DNA of 64,000 bases, taken from positions 106,059,548 through 106,123,547 of the forward strand of contig NC_057717.1 of assembly GCF_004010195.1 (NCBI RefSeq), written 5' to 3'. Shown here in pieces: positions 24,301 through 39,300 of the stretch. Positions within the stretch are counted from its first letter, which is position 1, and each line of letters begins with the position of its first letter. The notes under the pieces were generated by a model, which saw only the letters and a program-made list of their open reading frames with translations, was not told the DNA's origin and searched no databases. This DNA comes from Chiloscyllium plagiosum (lineage: Eukaryota). The position numbers and the translations under genes were made by a program.

Positions 24301-27300
24301 AGTGAGGCTTGGGACAATATTTCATCCTCACTAACACTCAACACTGGAGCCCCCCCAGGGGTGTGTACTCATCCCCTACTGTACTCACTGTATACCCAAG
24401 ACTGTGTCGCCAAATACTAGACTAATGCCATTTACAAGTTCACTGATGACACCACCATAGTCGGTCGAATCTCAGATGATGATGAAACAGACTACAGAAG
24501 GGAGGTGGAAGATCTGGAAAAATGCTGCACTGAGAACAACCTCGCTCTCAATGCCAGCAAAACCAAAGAACTCATTACTGACTTTTGGCGGGATGTTACT
24601 CATGCCCCCCCCCTACACATTAACAGCACAGAGGTGGAACGAGTGGAGAGTGTCAAGCAGCTCCTGGACTCCTCACGTGGATGCACTGGTTACAAAGGCC
24701 CAACAATGTCTCTTCTTCCTCAGGCAGCTGAGGAAATTGGACATAATGGCGAATACCCTTGCCAACTTTTATAGGTGTACCATCGAGAGTATTCTGTCTG
24801 GATGTATCACTACCTGGTATGGTAACTGTACCATTCAAGATCGGAGACGGTTACAGAGAGTGGTGAACTCAGCCCAGACAATCACAAAGGCCAACCTCCC
24901 ATCCACAGAATCCACCTACCAGGCCCGCTGTCAAAGGAAGGTTGCCAGCATTCTTAAAGATGCATCCGATTCTGGCAATGTTTTTCTATAGCCTCTACCA
25001 TCTGGGGGAAGATACAGAAGCCTGAAAACACGCACCAGCCAGTTTCTAAACAGTTTCTACCCTATTGCTGTTAGAATACTGAATGGACTCACAAACCCTT
25101 AACATTTGCCTGTACTTGTGGTTTTGTTTTTGCTGCTGTTTACCTATTATTTACTATCGATGCTACTTAACCCTGTGATCTGCCTGTATTGCTCACATGA
25201 CAAAACTTTTCACTGTGCCTCGGTACACATGACAATAAATTCAAATTCAATTCAATTCAATTCAACTCTTCCCCCATTGTCAGCCCCTTTATATCACCCT
25301 CAGCTCCCCCATTGTCAGCCCCTTTATATCACCCTCAGCTCTTCATTGTGCAATCTCTCTAACCTGCTTCCCTCTCTAACTGTCCTGTCTCCTGAATATT
25401 GTATCCCTCCACCCTATTTCATTTTTCTGGATTTATAATTTGAATGCAATGGTAGTTCACCTAAATTTTGTCCTCGATATGATATTGATCCACAGAGAAT
25501 GACAGCTCTTTGATTCATGATTAATGAATGAATATGAGACCTCAATTTATATAATGTGGATAAATGTGAGGTTATTCAGGTTGACATGCAGGTATAGCAG
25601 GCAGTGAGGAACGCTAATGGCATGCTGGCCTTCATATCAAGAGGATTTGAGAATAGGAGTAGGGATGTCTTGCTGCAGTTATACAGAGCTGAAAATGTGT
25701 TGCTGGAAAAGCGCAGCAGGTCAGGCAGCATCCAAGGAACAGGAGAATCGACGTTTCGGGCATAAGCCCTTCTTCAGGAATCTGTTATACAGGGCCTAGG
25801 TGAGGCTACACATTGAGTATTGTGTGCAGTTTTGGTCTCCCAGTCTGAAGAAGGACATTCTCACTATTGAGGGAGTCCAGCAAAGGTTCACCAGACTGAT
25901 TCCCGGGATGGCAGGACTGACATATGAGGAAAGGCTGGATCGACTGGGCTTGTACTCACTGGAATTTAGAATAATGATGGGGGAGTCTCACAGAAACATA
26001 AAATCCCGAGGGGACTGGACAGGCTAGATGTGGGAAGAACGTTCCTGAGGTTGGGAAAATCCTAGGGGCCACAGTCTAAGAATAAAGGGTAAACTTTTCA
26101 GGACTGAGATGAGGAAGAATTTCTTCACCCAGAGAGTTGTTGTTGTGGGCTCAGTGTCAGACTGCTTTCCCACAGGAAGCTGTTGGGGCCAGTTCATTAC
26201 TAATTACTAATATTCAAGAAAGGATCAAGGGGGATAGGGAGAGGGCAAGAGTGGGATTCTGAGATTTTGTGACCAGCCATGATCACATTGAATGGCGGTA
26301 CAGGCTCGAAGGGCCAAAAGGCCTACTGTACCTATTTTCTATATTTCCCTTTTTAATTATTCTACTGCTCACAATCAGCCTGTTCAAACTATCATTGGTC
26401 TCTTTCATCTGCAAACTTCAGAGAATTAAGCATGAAAGCACACAAAGATGTAAAGGCTGCCATACCTAGTAAATATTCCAATGTGATTGTGGATAGTATG
26501 CTGTTTGCTCTTTCTGCAACTGTGATCAGGGATTGGTCTAGGCACATCTGTGTGCAGCAAGAGTCAGCATTTTCAGGAGAGGAGGGAAGAAAGAGAGAAA
26601 ACCACATGCAGTAGTGGAGCATTTGTGAGAAATCCCTGAACTGCACCAGCAGAGAGCTGGGCCTGCTTCCTAGCAGACAGGATGTGGTTTAATACAAGAT
26701 GGGGCAGCTCATTAACTGGAACGCGATTCAGGCTTATTTAAATATAAAATGTCTGCTTGAAGCATCTTGCCTTGTCTTCTCATCCCCTGTCAGCACACAA
26801 CCAATTCTCTGGCTACAAATACTTTCTGCATTAAGTGTGTTTTCTGAGTTGTGGAGATGATATTTTGTGGGTACTTCTGTCTCCTTCACATGTTCACTTA
26901 ACGATGAGCTCAGCAGGAAACTTGTGGCTTAAGCACAACATTTTTAAAAAGTCCAGTCGACCGAAAGCAGTCTGACACTGAGCCCACAACAACAGGAGCC
27001 ACTGCACCTGTTTCAGTGCCTTCAGATTTCTCCTTTCCTGCTCCCAGGGCTCTGGGCTTGACCAGTGACAGTCTTATATACAACTATTCAGGTGGCCATT
27101 CCACATTTCTGAACATGCGATGGCTGGCTATTTGACCACGGGAGGCATTATTGCTAAGCAGGTTCTGTCTATACATGTACTCAGACCAATCACAATACTC
27201 AGGGCTTCTATGTCACTTTAAATAAGGTTAATCATCTAGCCCTCTGGTCTCACCCTGGCTGAACTCAGCTTAACTGATCCGAGAGGAGAAATTGAAACTG

Positions 27301-30300
27301 AGATCTTCATGGTGTGTAAAAGTCACAAGCATATATAATAACAGTTGTAGCACCTTTAACATTTCAAAACCACCCAAGGTACTTCACAGTAGCGATACCA
27401 AACAAAAATTTGACATCAGGCTGCGCTTGGAAATTTAAAATAGATGACCAAGAAGGAGGCTTTCGGGAGTGTCTCAAAGAGAGTGGACCACCTTTTCAGA
27501 GAGGGCTTCTGCAGGATGTGCATAATGCCATTCAAATGGGTTGCTTTGTCTTGATGGTGTCAAACCTCTTCAGTGACATTGGAGCTGCACTAATCCAGCC
27601 AAGTGAGGAGTATTCCATCACATTCCTGACTTGTGTCTTGTTGGTGGTGGACAGGCTTTGGGGAGACAGGAGGGAAGTTACTCATTGCAGCAACCCTAAC
27701 ATCTGGACTTGTTCTTGTAGCCACTGTATTTATAAAGCCGTTCCAGTTCAGTTTTGGGTCAATGGTAACCCCTACGATGTTGGTAGAGGGGTTCAGTGAT
27801 GGTTATACCATTGGATGTTAAAGGGCAATGGTTGTAATGTCTTTTGTTGGAGTTGATCATTGCCTGGTATTTGTAAGGTGCCAATGAAACTTGCCTGTTG
27901 TCAGCTCAAACCTGGATATTCTTCAGATCTTGCTGCATTTGAACATGGGCTGATGTCTCCTTTCAACTGCATGGTTGCAGTGAGTCAGGAAACTCTAGTT
28001 CAGAGTCAGAGAATTGGGTTACAATACATACAGGAGAATTCCACAGGACTAGTTTTATGTTTCTTAAAGTTTTGATGTCTGGTGGGGACAGGACAGGACT
28101 TTGGGTTGTGAACTTTAACAAATGTAATTGGAAGCATGTGACCAGTAGTGAACCACAGCAATCGATACTGGGATCCCTGCTATTTGTCATGTATATAAAT
28201 GACTTGGATGTAAATGTACAAGGTATAACTAGTAAGTTTGCAGATGACACGAAAACTGTTGGTGTTGTTGACAGTGAAGAGGGTGGTCTCAGGCTACAGT
28301 CTGATATTGATCAGCTGGTAAATTGGGCAGAGGAATGGCAGATGGAATTTAATCTCAATAAGTGTGAGATGATGCAGTTTGGGAGATCTAATAATGGAAA
28401 GATTTACACAATGAATCGTAGGTCCTTAGGGAGTACTGTACTGAGGAACAAAGGATGTTGGTGAGCAAGTCCATAGATCCTTGAAGATGTCACTACAGGT
28501 AGGTAAGATGGTGAAGAAGGCATAGGGATGTCCACCTTCATTAGCCAGGATGTGGAATATCAGAACAAGGAAGTCTTGTTACAACTTCATAAAATATTGG
28601 TTAGGCCACGATTGCACTGGAGAAGATGCAAAGGAGATTCACCAGGATGTTGCCTGGGATAGAAACTCTCAGCTATAAGGAGAGACTGGATAGGCTGGGT
28701 TTGTTTTCCCTGCAGCAGAGGAGGCTGATTGAGGTTTTCAAAATCATGAGAGGCATAGACAGAGTAGATCATGAAAATCTCTTAGTCATAGTAGATGGGT
28801 CTAGGACCAAAGGGCAGAAGTTTAAAGTGAGAAGATCTGGGGAAAAGTTTTTCCCCCAAGAGGCTGGTAGAAATATGGAACATGCAGCTTGAGAGGGTGT
28901 TGGGGGCAGATAGTCTTGCAATATTTAGGAAGAATCTGGATGAGCACTTAAAATGCCAGGGCATTATAGGCTATGGACCATGTGGAGGGAAATGGGATTA
29001 GTGTAATTTGGTGTTTACTGGTTGGCATAGACAGGCTGGCCTGAAGGGCCTGTTTCTATGGTGTATGACTCTGTGAAAGGAAAAGATCACTGAGGATAGG
29101 CAGCACTTAGAGAATATGTTGAAAGGAGAATATGGTTAAATATATGCTGCCAGTGAGCTGCCTTTTTGTCAGCTATGCCACGAGTTTTGCATTATTAGAC
29201 ATTATTAAGTGCCGAAAAAGAACTAAACTTAAGCAAAATCCCCTTATGTGAGTATGAGAGGAACAAGTGTGTTTAGAGATTGCTGAGACTGTGCAAACTT
29301 GTTTCCTGCAGCATTTGGTAATTGCTCAACCACATCAACACTCTAGCTCAGTCACTCTGTCATGATTTTAAGGTGTGTCTTGTTAGGCCCAACATGCTTA
29401 GACAGATAATGACAAGGTTGCATAGATCTGGCTCCTGTTCCTACATGTTTAGAAGTTTGAGGGACAATCTAGTTGAGGTGCTTAAAAGTAATTACAGGTT
29501 CAATACCATAGATATAGAGAAACTATTCCCCTGGTACTGGTGGGGGAGAAAAGGGATGGAATCTAGAGCAATGGTCAGTCTGGAAGCACCCCTTCAACAC
29601 ACAAAATGAAAGGGAAATGTGCAACTCTCTTCACTAAAGACTGTAGAAGTGTTAATAATAAGTTATTCAACTATTTAAAAATACTTGTGTAAGCTAAGGG
29701 TATTAAAGGATTTGGTCAGAGGCAGGTAAAAGGAATTCAGAAAGTAAGATGAGCAGTTGAGGCAAATTTGGGAGTTTGAGTGGACAGGACCAAGTGCGTT
29801 TGTCTATATCCATCTCAAGAGAACATTTGTAGATACATTTAAGATAGAACAACTTTTCAGGATTTATATTGAACAATTTTTCTCACTTACCAACATCTGA
29901 TGATTTTGGACATGAGGCCTCGATAAATAACTCGAATGTCCTTTCTGGGCTTTCTCTGAAAACAAATATACATGGTGAAGTCACAGCATGATCTGGAGTA
30001 AAAAAGCCTTCTCTTACTCCTCAACATTGACTCAAGCTGGGTATTGAGGCCTTCTGACAGCCAATGGTAACTAAGCCTTGTGTACATGAACTTCAGACAT
30101 ATCTCAGAACATCCCACACACTTTTACACACTCTCACATACTTTCTCTTGCTCTGTCTCTCACACATACAAACTCTCACATTTGCAGACTGTCTCTCAGA
30201 CACACTCACAGTCATGCAGACAATTTCTCTCTCTCTCTCACACACACAAAGACAGCCCTGACTGCCTGAGGTAGACAATCTGAAAATCAAGCCCCACTCA

Positions 30301-33300
30301 TCACAGAGTCATGACAAAGTGAAAATTTGATTAAACCAATGATTTGCTAAATGTCACTTCACCTGATGAAAGGGCTACACTCCGAAAGGTTGTGATTTCA
30401 AATAAGCCTGTTGGACTATACCCTGGTGTCATGTGACTTCTGATTTTGTCCAACACCGGGACCTCCACATCAATCCTTTAATGATGACTGAAGATTATCG
30501 TTACATCAATTCTCATTCTGAAAGGTTATGGGTACATCGATTCTGAGTCTGGAAGGTTATGGTTACATTGATCCTCAGTCTGGAAGGTTATGGTTACATC
30601 GATTCTCAGTCAGTGTCATGGTTACATTGATTCTGAGTCTGAAAGGTTATGGTTACATCAATTCTCAGTCTGGAAGGTTATGGCTACGTCGATTCTCATC
30701 TGAAAGGTTATGGTTACATCAATTCTCAGTCTGGAAGGTTATGGTTACATCGATAGTCTGGAAGGCTATGGTTACATCAATTCTCATTCTGGAAGGTTAT
30801 GGTTACATTGATTCTCAGTCTGGAAGGTTATGGTTACATCAATTCTCAGTCTGGAAGGTTATGGTTACATCAATTCTCAGTCTGGAAGGCTATGGTTACA
30901 TGAATTCTCATCTGAAAGGTTATGGTTACATCAATTCTCAGTCTGGAAGGTTATGGCTACGTCGATTCTCATCTGAAAGGTTATGGTTACATCAATTCTC
31001 AGTCTGGAAGGTTATGGCTACGTCGATTCTCATCTGAAAGGTTATGGTTACATCAATTCTCAGTCTGGAAGGCTATGGTTACATCAATTCTCATTCTGGA
31101 AGGTTATGGTTACATTGATTCTCAGTCTGGAAGGTTATGGTTACATCAATTCTCAGTCTGGAAGGTTATGGTTACATCAATTCTCAGTCTGGAAGGTTAT
31201 GGTTACATCAATTCTCAGTCTGGAAGGTTATGGTTACATCAATTCTCAGTCTGGAAGGTTATGGTTACATCAATTCTCAGTCTGGAAGGTTATGGTTACA
31301 TCAATTCTCAGTCTGGAAGGTTATGGTTACATCAATTCTCAGTCTGGAAGGTTATGGTTACATCAATTCTCAGTCTGGAAGGTTACGGTTACAGCGATCC
31401 TCATCTGGAAGGTCATGGTTACATCAATTCTCATTCTGGAAGGTTACGGTTACATCAATTCTCAGTCTGGAAGGTTACGGTTACATCAATTCTCTGTCTG
31501 GAAGGTTATGGTTACATCGATTCTCAGTCTGGAAGGCTATGGTTACATCAATTCTCATTCTGGAAGGTTACGGTTACATAGATTCTCAGTCTGGAAGGTT
31601 ATGGTTACATCGATTCTCAGTCTGGAAGGTTATGGTTACATCAATTCTCAGTCTGGAAGGTTCTGGTTACAGTGATTTTCAGTCTGGAAGGTTATAGTTA
31701 TAGCGATTCTCAGTTTTTCATTCACTGGTTCAGCATTTTCCCTTCGAGATACTCTGAAGGTGTTTATTCGCTTTTCTTTTCATTAGTTGATTTGCAGATG
31801 GAATAGATTTAGTGTAAATAGTGGGGAGAACAGCTGCCTGGAGACTCTCTGTTACTTCCTGCACAGAAGGGAGAGCCTGATTTAGACGCATTCTCTTTGT
31901 TTATTGAGCATTCACCCTCGTTGTGGTCACCTGGCTAGGAATCATTCAAGTGGTTATATTATGCTGAACTCTCCTGTGTCCACAATAGTTGGTCCTGATT
32001 GAAAAACCAATAAAAAGACTGTCTTTGGGCAAAACTATCCAGAATACACATATGTGGTGCTATTCTATCCAGAATTGTCCCTCACTGTTTGTAGATACAA
32101 CTCACAATTGTTCCAGTTACTCATTTTCAAAACATCTTCAACAGTTTCTTTGGTTTAAAATAGTATCTCTTCCTATTTTAGTCTACAGTCCAAAACAAAA
32201 GTAATCTTTACATGCTTCTGTATTTAGGAGACATGAGAGATCATGCCTTACAAATTTGTTACGAGTTTTTTGGTGAAGTGAGCAGAACATTTGATGAGGG
32301 CAGGGCAGTAAATGTAGTCTATATAGGTATCAATAAGGCCTTTAAGTTCCATGTGGTAGCTGCACCAGAAGGTTAGATCGCATGGAATCCAGGTCAAGCT
32401 GGCAAACTGGACACACAATTGATGAGATGGTAGGAGACAGAGAATAATAGTGGAATTGTCGGACTGGATGCCTGTGAGTGGAATACCTCAGCGGTCGATG
32501 CTGGGCCCATTACTGTTTGTTATTTATATAATTTATTTGGATAAGAAAGAACAAAGCATGATTAGTAAGTTTGCAGATGGCACTAAAATAGGCGGTATCG
32601 TGGACATTGAGGAAGGTTATCAGAAATTGCAGCAGGACCTTGATCATCTGGGGATGTGGGCCCAGAAATGGCAAATGGAGTTTAATATAGATAAGTGTGA
32701 GGTCTTGCATTTTGCAAAGTCAATTAAGGTAGAAGTTTCATGGTGAATGGTAGGGCCTTAAGGAGCGTATGGAACACTGGGATCTTGGCGTTCAGGTGCA
32801 TGGCTCTCTGAAAGTGGAGTTACAGGTAGATGGGGCATTGAAGAAGGCTTTTGGCACACTGGCCTGCATCAGTCAGGGCACTGAGTATCAAAGTTGAGAA
32901 GTTATGTTGCAGTTATACAGGACATTGGTGAGGCAGCACTTGGAGTATTGTGTTCACTTTTGGTCACCTTGCTACAGGAAGGATGTCATTTAACTGAAAA
33001 CAGTACAGAAGAAATTTACAAGTGTGTTGTCAGGACTCAACAATCTGAGTTATAGGGAGCGGTTGGACAAGCGAGGTCTTTTTCCTTTACAGCGTAGGAG
33101 ACCGAGGGGGGGGATCTTATTGAAGTGTATAAGATCATGAGAGGCATGGATTGGGTGAATGCACTCAGTCTTTTTCGCAGGGTTGGGGAATCATGGACTA
33201 GAGGAAATCAGTTTAAGGTTAGAGGGGAAAAAATAAAAGGGAACCTGATGGGCAAACTTTTTTACACAGAGGGTGGTACACATATGGAATGAGCTGCCGA

Positions 33301-36300
33301 CAGAAGTGGTTGAGGCAGGTACATTGACAACACTTAAAAGGCATTTGGACAAATACATGGATAGGAAAGGTTTAGAAGGATATGGGGCCAAGTGCAGGGC
33401 GTCACTGCCAGTCCGAGAGGTGGTCAGGTCTGCCAATCAGAAATTGCCATGGAGGCAGAGCCGAGGAGTCAGACAGCACACAGAGCCATGGTAATAGGGG
33501 ACTCCATAGTGAGAGGAACTGAAAAGGGTTTCTGCGGCAACAGGTGGGATTTGAGGATGGTGTGTTGCCTTCCTGGTGCCAGGATTAAGGACATCGCAGA
33601 AAGAGTGCAGGAAATCCTCAAAGGCGAAGGCGAAGAGCCAGACGTGGTGATGCATGTCAGCACAAATGACGTCGGGAAGAAGAGGAGGGACATTCTACAG
33701 CGGAACTTCGGAGAACTCGGAAGAAAGCTGAAAAGCAGGACATCCAGGGTGGTTATCTCCAGTTTGCTTCCAGTTCCTCGGGCTGGAGAGGACAGGAACA
33801 GGAAGATAATGGACTTGAATGTGTGGCTGGGGAACTGGTGCAGGAAGCAAGGATTTAAATTCTTGGATCACTGGGATATGTTTAGCGGTAAGGATAAATT
33901 ATACAAGAGGGATGGGTTGCACCTTAATAGGTGGGGGACCAACATTCTGGCAGATAGGTTTGCCACTGCAACACAGCTGCGTTTTAAACTAAATAGCTGG
34001 GGGGAGGGGACAAACTGGAAGTTTAAGAAGGAAGTTCACGAAGCATTAGAAATAAGGTGGATGAGCTTGAGGCTCACTTGGAAATTGGCAGTTACGATGT
34101 TGTGGGGATAACGGAGACGTGGCTTCAAGTGGACAGGACCTGGGAAATGAATATTCAAGGCTATACGTGCTATCGTAAGGACAGACTGACTGGCAGAGGG
34201 GGTGGGGTGGCCCTGTTGGTAAGGAATGATATTCAGTCCCTTGCGTGGGGGGACCTAGAATCAGGGGATGCCGAGTCAGTAAGGATAGAGCTGAGAAATT
34301 CTAACGGCAGAAAGACCCTAATGGGAGTTATCTACAGGCCCCCAAATAGTAGCCTGGATGTAGTGTGTAAGTTGAAGGAGCTGAAATTGGCCTGTTGGAA
34401 AGATATTACTACAACATGCAGGTAGACTGGGAGAATCAGGATGGTACTGGACCCTAAGAAAGAGACTTTGTGGAGTGCCTCCGAGATGGATTCTTAGAAC
34501 AGCTGGTACTGGAGCCTACCAGGGAGAAGGCAATTCTGGATCTGGTGTTGTGCAACGAACCGGATTTGATCAGGGACCTCGAAGTAAAGGAGCCATTAGG
34601 AGGTCGTGACCACAATACAATAAGCTTTAATCTGCAGTTTGAAAGGGAGAGGGTGGAATCGGAAGTGACAATATTTCAATTGAATAAGGAGAACTGTGGA
34701 GCTATGAGGGAGGAGCTGGCCAAAGTTCAATGGTGCAATACCCAAGCAGGGATGGTGATGGAACAATAATGGCAGGGATTTCTGGGTAAATTGCAGAAGG
34801 TGCAGGATCAGTTCATTCCAAAAAGGAAGAAAGATCCTAAGGGGAGGCAGGGGTGGCTATGGCTGGACGAGGGAAGTTAAGGACCATATAAAGACAAAAG
34901 GGAAAAAGTATAACATAGCAAAGATGAGTGGGAAATCGGAGGATGTTTTTAAAGAACAACAGAGGATAACTAAAAAGGAAATACGCAAAGAAAAAATAAG
35001 GTACGAAGGTAAACTGGCCAGAAATATAAAGGAGGATAGTAAAGGCTTTTTTAGGTATGTGAAAGGGAAAAAAATAGTTAAGACTAAAATTGGGCCCTTG
35101 AAGACAGAAACAGGTGAATTTATTACGGTGAACAAAGAAATGGCAGAAGACTTGAATTGGTATTTTAGATCTGTCTTCACTGAGGAAGACACGAGCAATC
35201 TCCCAGATGTAATAGTGGCTGAAGGACCTGAACTGAAGGGAGTTTATATTAGGCAGGAATTGGTGTTGGAGAGACTGTTAGGTCTGAAGGCTGATACGTC
35301 CCTGGGACCTGATGGTCTACATCCCAGGGTACTGAAGGAGGTGGCTCAAGAAATCGTGGATACATTGGTGATCATTTTCCAATGTTCTATAGATTCAGGA
35401 TCAGTTCCTGCAGATTGGAGGGTGGCTAATGTTGTCCCACTTTTTAGGAAAGAAGGGAGAGAGAAAACAGAGAATTATAGACCAGTTAGTCTGAGCTAAA
35501 TGGTGGGAAAAATGCTGGAGTCAATTATAAAGGATGAAATTACGACACATCTGGATAACAGTAACAGGATAGGTCAGAGTCAGCATGGATTTATGAAGGG
35601 GAAATCATGCTTGACTAATCTTCTGGAATTTTTTGAGGATGTAACTCTGAAGATGGACAAGGGAGATCCAGTGGATGTAGTATACCTGGACTTTCAGAAA
35701 GCTTTTGATAAAGTCCCACATAGGAGGTTAGTGTGCAAAATTAGGGCATATGGTATTAGGGGCAAAATACTGACATGGATTGAAAATTGGTTGGCTGACA
35801 GGAAACAAAGAATAGTGATAAATGGCTCCCTTTCGGAATGGCAGGCGGTGACCAGTGGGGGACTGCAAGGATCAGTGCTAGGACTGCAACCTTTTACAAT
35901 GTACATTAATGATATAGATGAAAGTATTAAAAGTAATATTAGCAAATTTGCTGATGACACAAAGCTGGGTGGCAGGGTGAAATGTGAGGAGGATGTTAGG
36001 AGATTACAGGGTGACCTGGATAGGCTAGGAGAGTGGACAGATGCATGGCAGATGCAGTTTAATGTGGATAAATGTGTGGTTATCCACTTTGGTGGCAAGA
36101 ACAGAAAGGCAGATTACTACCTAAATGGAGTCAAGTTAGTTAAAGGGGCAGTACAGAGAGATCTAGGTGTTCTTGTACAGCAGTCAATGAAAGCAAGTAT
36201 GCAGGTACAACAGGCAGTGAAGAAAGGTAATGGCATGGTGGCCTTCATAACAAGAGGAATTTTGAGTATAGAAGCAAAGAGGTCCTTGTGCAGCTGTACA

Positions 36301-39300
36301 GAGTCCTGGTGGGACCGCACCTGGAATATTGTGTGCAATTTTGGTCTCCAAATTTGAGTAAAGACATTCTTGGCTATTGATGGAGTGCAGTGTAGGTTCA
36401 CGAGGTCAATTCCCAGAATGGTGGGACTATCTTACGCTGAAAGATTGGAGCATCTGGGCTTGTATACCCTTGAGTTTGGAACGCTGAGAGGGGATCTGAT
36501 TGAGACGTATAAGATTATTAAAGGATTGGACACTCTGGAGGCAGGAAGCATGTTTCCGCTGATGGGTGAGTGCCGAACCAGAGGACACAGTTTAAAAATA
36601 AGGGTAGGCCACTTAGAACAGAGTTGAGGAGAAACTTCTTCACCCAGAGAGTGGTGGGTGTTTGAAATGCTCTGCCCCAGAAGGCTGTGGAGGCCAAGTC
36701 TCTGGATACTTTCAAGAAAGAGTTGGATAGAGCTCTCAAGGATAGTGGAATCAAGGGTTATGGGGATAAGGCAGGAACAGGATACTGATTGAGGATGATC
36801 AGCCATGATCATAATGAATGGTGGTGCTGGCTTGAAGGGCAGAATGGCCTACTCCTGCACCTATTGTCTATTGTCTATTGAAATGGGATTAGCGTGGACC
36901 GACATTTTGGTCAGCTTGGACCAGTTTGAGCCAAAGGGCCTGTCTCTGTGCTGTAAGACTCTATGACTATGACTCTGCAATACATTATTCCAAAAATGTG
37001 TGCTGTCACACTGACTTTCACATGTGGAAGACACTGCTGTACATGGACCTCAGAGCTATTCTTTCTCAAAGAGTCTCCACTTCCTCATCAGAGCTCCATT
37101 TGTAATAGGTGAAAGTGAGGATTGCAGATGCTGAAATTCAGAGTTAAGAGTGTGGTGCTGGAAAAGCACAGCAGGAGCTCCTGATGAAGGCCTTATGCCC
37201 AAAACGTCAATTCGCCTGCTCCTCGGATGCTGCCTGACCTTCTGTGCTTTTCCATCACCACACTTTCAATTCCATTTTTAATAGCACTCTAGAACTTCAT
37301 TAGCTTTAGCATCAGTATGAGCTATCCGTGCTAACTTAAAATGTAACTCCAGATCTCAGACTCAGTTAATGAAGAACACTTTCACTGCTGAACACTTCCT
37401 TTGAATTATCTCCATCTCTCAGGATGGTTGTGGCTTCTCTAATTTCCACTTGTGTTATTACTGTGAGCTCTGGTGATGGACTTTCTTTAATAATTGCTCT
37501 GGTCACTACAACAATAGTCAAATACCTGGAACCTGTTCCTGTAACTGTTCTGTCTCTTTAACCTCAGACTTTCCATGATAATGAGTGGAGCTACATCCTT
37601 TGCCTAGTCAAATAATTACCATGGAACAAGTCAACTCTGTCCATGAATGGTTTTTTAACAACTCTGCACAAATTGCACTGATTTATACAATGGAACTAGA
37701 ACTTACTCTCCACTTTGACTTTCCTTTCACTGTCTCAAGGAAAAAGTATATCCTTCTCCACCAAAGCCATTTCAGCAGCCTCTGTCTCCCTTAGTACAGT
37801 TACAGGTTTGGTTATATTGTTTTGACAAAAAATCTTTATTTTTTTTTTTACTTTATTCATTCCTCCTGTACTCACAGCAGTATTTACTTCCAGTGTTATG
37901 CTGTAACCAAAGCTACAGTTTAATCGATGGTATTTTCCTTTTGAGTTCTCTTTCTGGACTCACTCTTGTGAACCCCAGTAAGTCTCATGGGCTGTTAGCG
38001 TTCTGAAGTAAAGAATCCCAATTTATTAAAATTGAATTAACACTTACGCCTTCAATTTTTACCTCCACACTTCATTTCCATAAGACAATAAGACACAGGA
38101 GCAGAATTAGGTCATTCAGCCCATCGGGACTGCTCTGCCATTTGATCATGGGTGATCTGTTTCTCAACCCCATCCTCCTGCCTCCTACCTGTAACCTTTG
38201 ATCCCCTGACCAATCAACAGCCTATCTAACTCTGACTTCAATACACTCAATGGCGTTGGCCTCCACAAACCTCTGCGGCAAAAGCTGCACAGATTAACTA
38301 CCCCCTGGTTGAAGAAATTCTTCCTCATCTCTTCTCTAAAGAGTCATTCCTTTTCACTCTGAGGTTGTTCCCTCAGGTCCTAGTCGCTCCTACTAGTGGA
38401 AATATCTTCTCCAAATCCACTATACTGAGGCCTCTCAGTATTTTGATCTGGTCTTTCTGACCTGAGGAGGACCTCTTGGCCATACCCAACTGTCCTTTCT
38501 TTACCGTGGGGTATTTGCCTTCCTTTCACTTTCCCATCCTCTGTCCTTCTCAAGTTTAGGGGGTGACAGAAGAAAACAAGTCTCGTTTTACATATCGGAT
38601 CATAATCATCAGCCATTACTGCTGCCTCTTTAGCAGCTGCAATTCTTCAGCCTTCAGCATGGCTTCTTATTAAAAAAGCTAGCGAGTTCTAAATTCTTCC
38701 AAGAGAAGGGTCTTTCTGAGAGCTTTAAACGTGGTTACAACTCCTGATGCTCATATCTAACTGTCAATATTGCTTGTTTAATCCTTTCAAATTCAATGTA
38801 AATTTCCTTAAATTTCCAAGCTTTTGCCTGTATGCTCCTGGTACTAATTCACATGCATCCAGAATACCATCATAATCCTTAAGAACCCACTCTCATAATG
38901 CAGCATACCTTCCCTGTGGTCCTCTATATGTCAGTTTGCTCTGTGTGGGCAATACCTAGTTTAATCTGGTTTGCCTTTTCTCAAATGCCTCCATATTCTT
39001 TTCCTCAAATCTTGGTAGGGCCTTTACAAACTGAAACATTTCCTTACTGGACTCTAAGATTATGATAGGAATTTCCCTATAACTTTGGCTTCAGGGGACT
39101 CCTTTCTTAACTACTTCATTCTAACAGATTTATTTGAAATCAAAAGCTTTTGGAGAGCTGCTCTCTGTCAGGTGCAGTGTGCCAAAAACTTGTGATTACA
39201 AATAAACCTGTTGGACTATAACCTGGTGCCATGTGACTTCTGACTTTGTCTACCCCAGTCCAACACCGGCATCTCCACATCATGCTTCATTCTCAGCTTT

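Noticed and set aside
30488..31715. CRISPR array or repetitive protein gene
   Set aside because: Units are contiguous with no unique spacers and there are no cas genes. The ORFs arise from a stop-free 31-bp unit, antisense within an intron.
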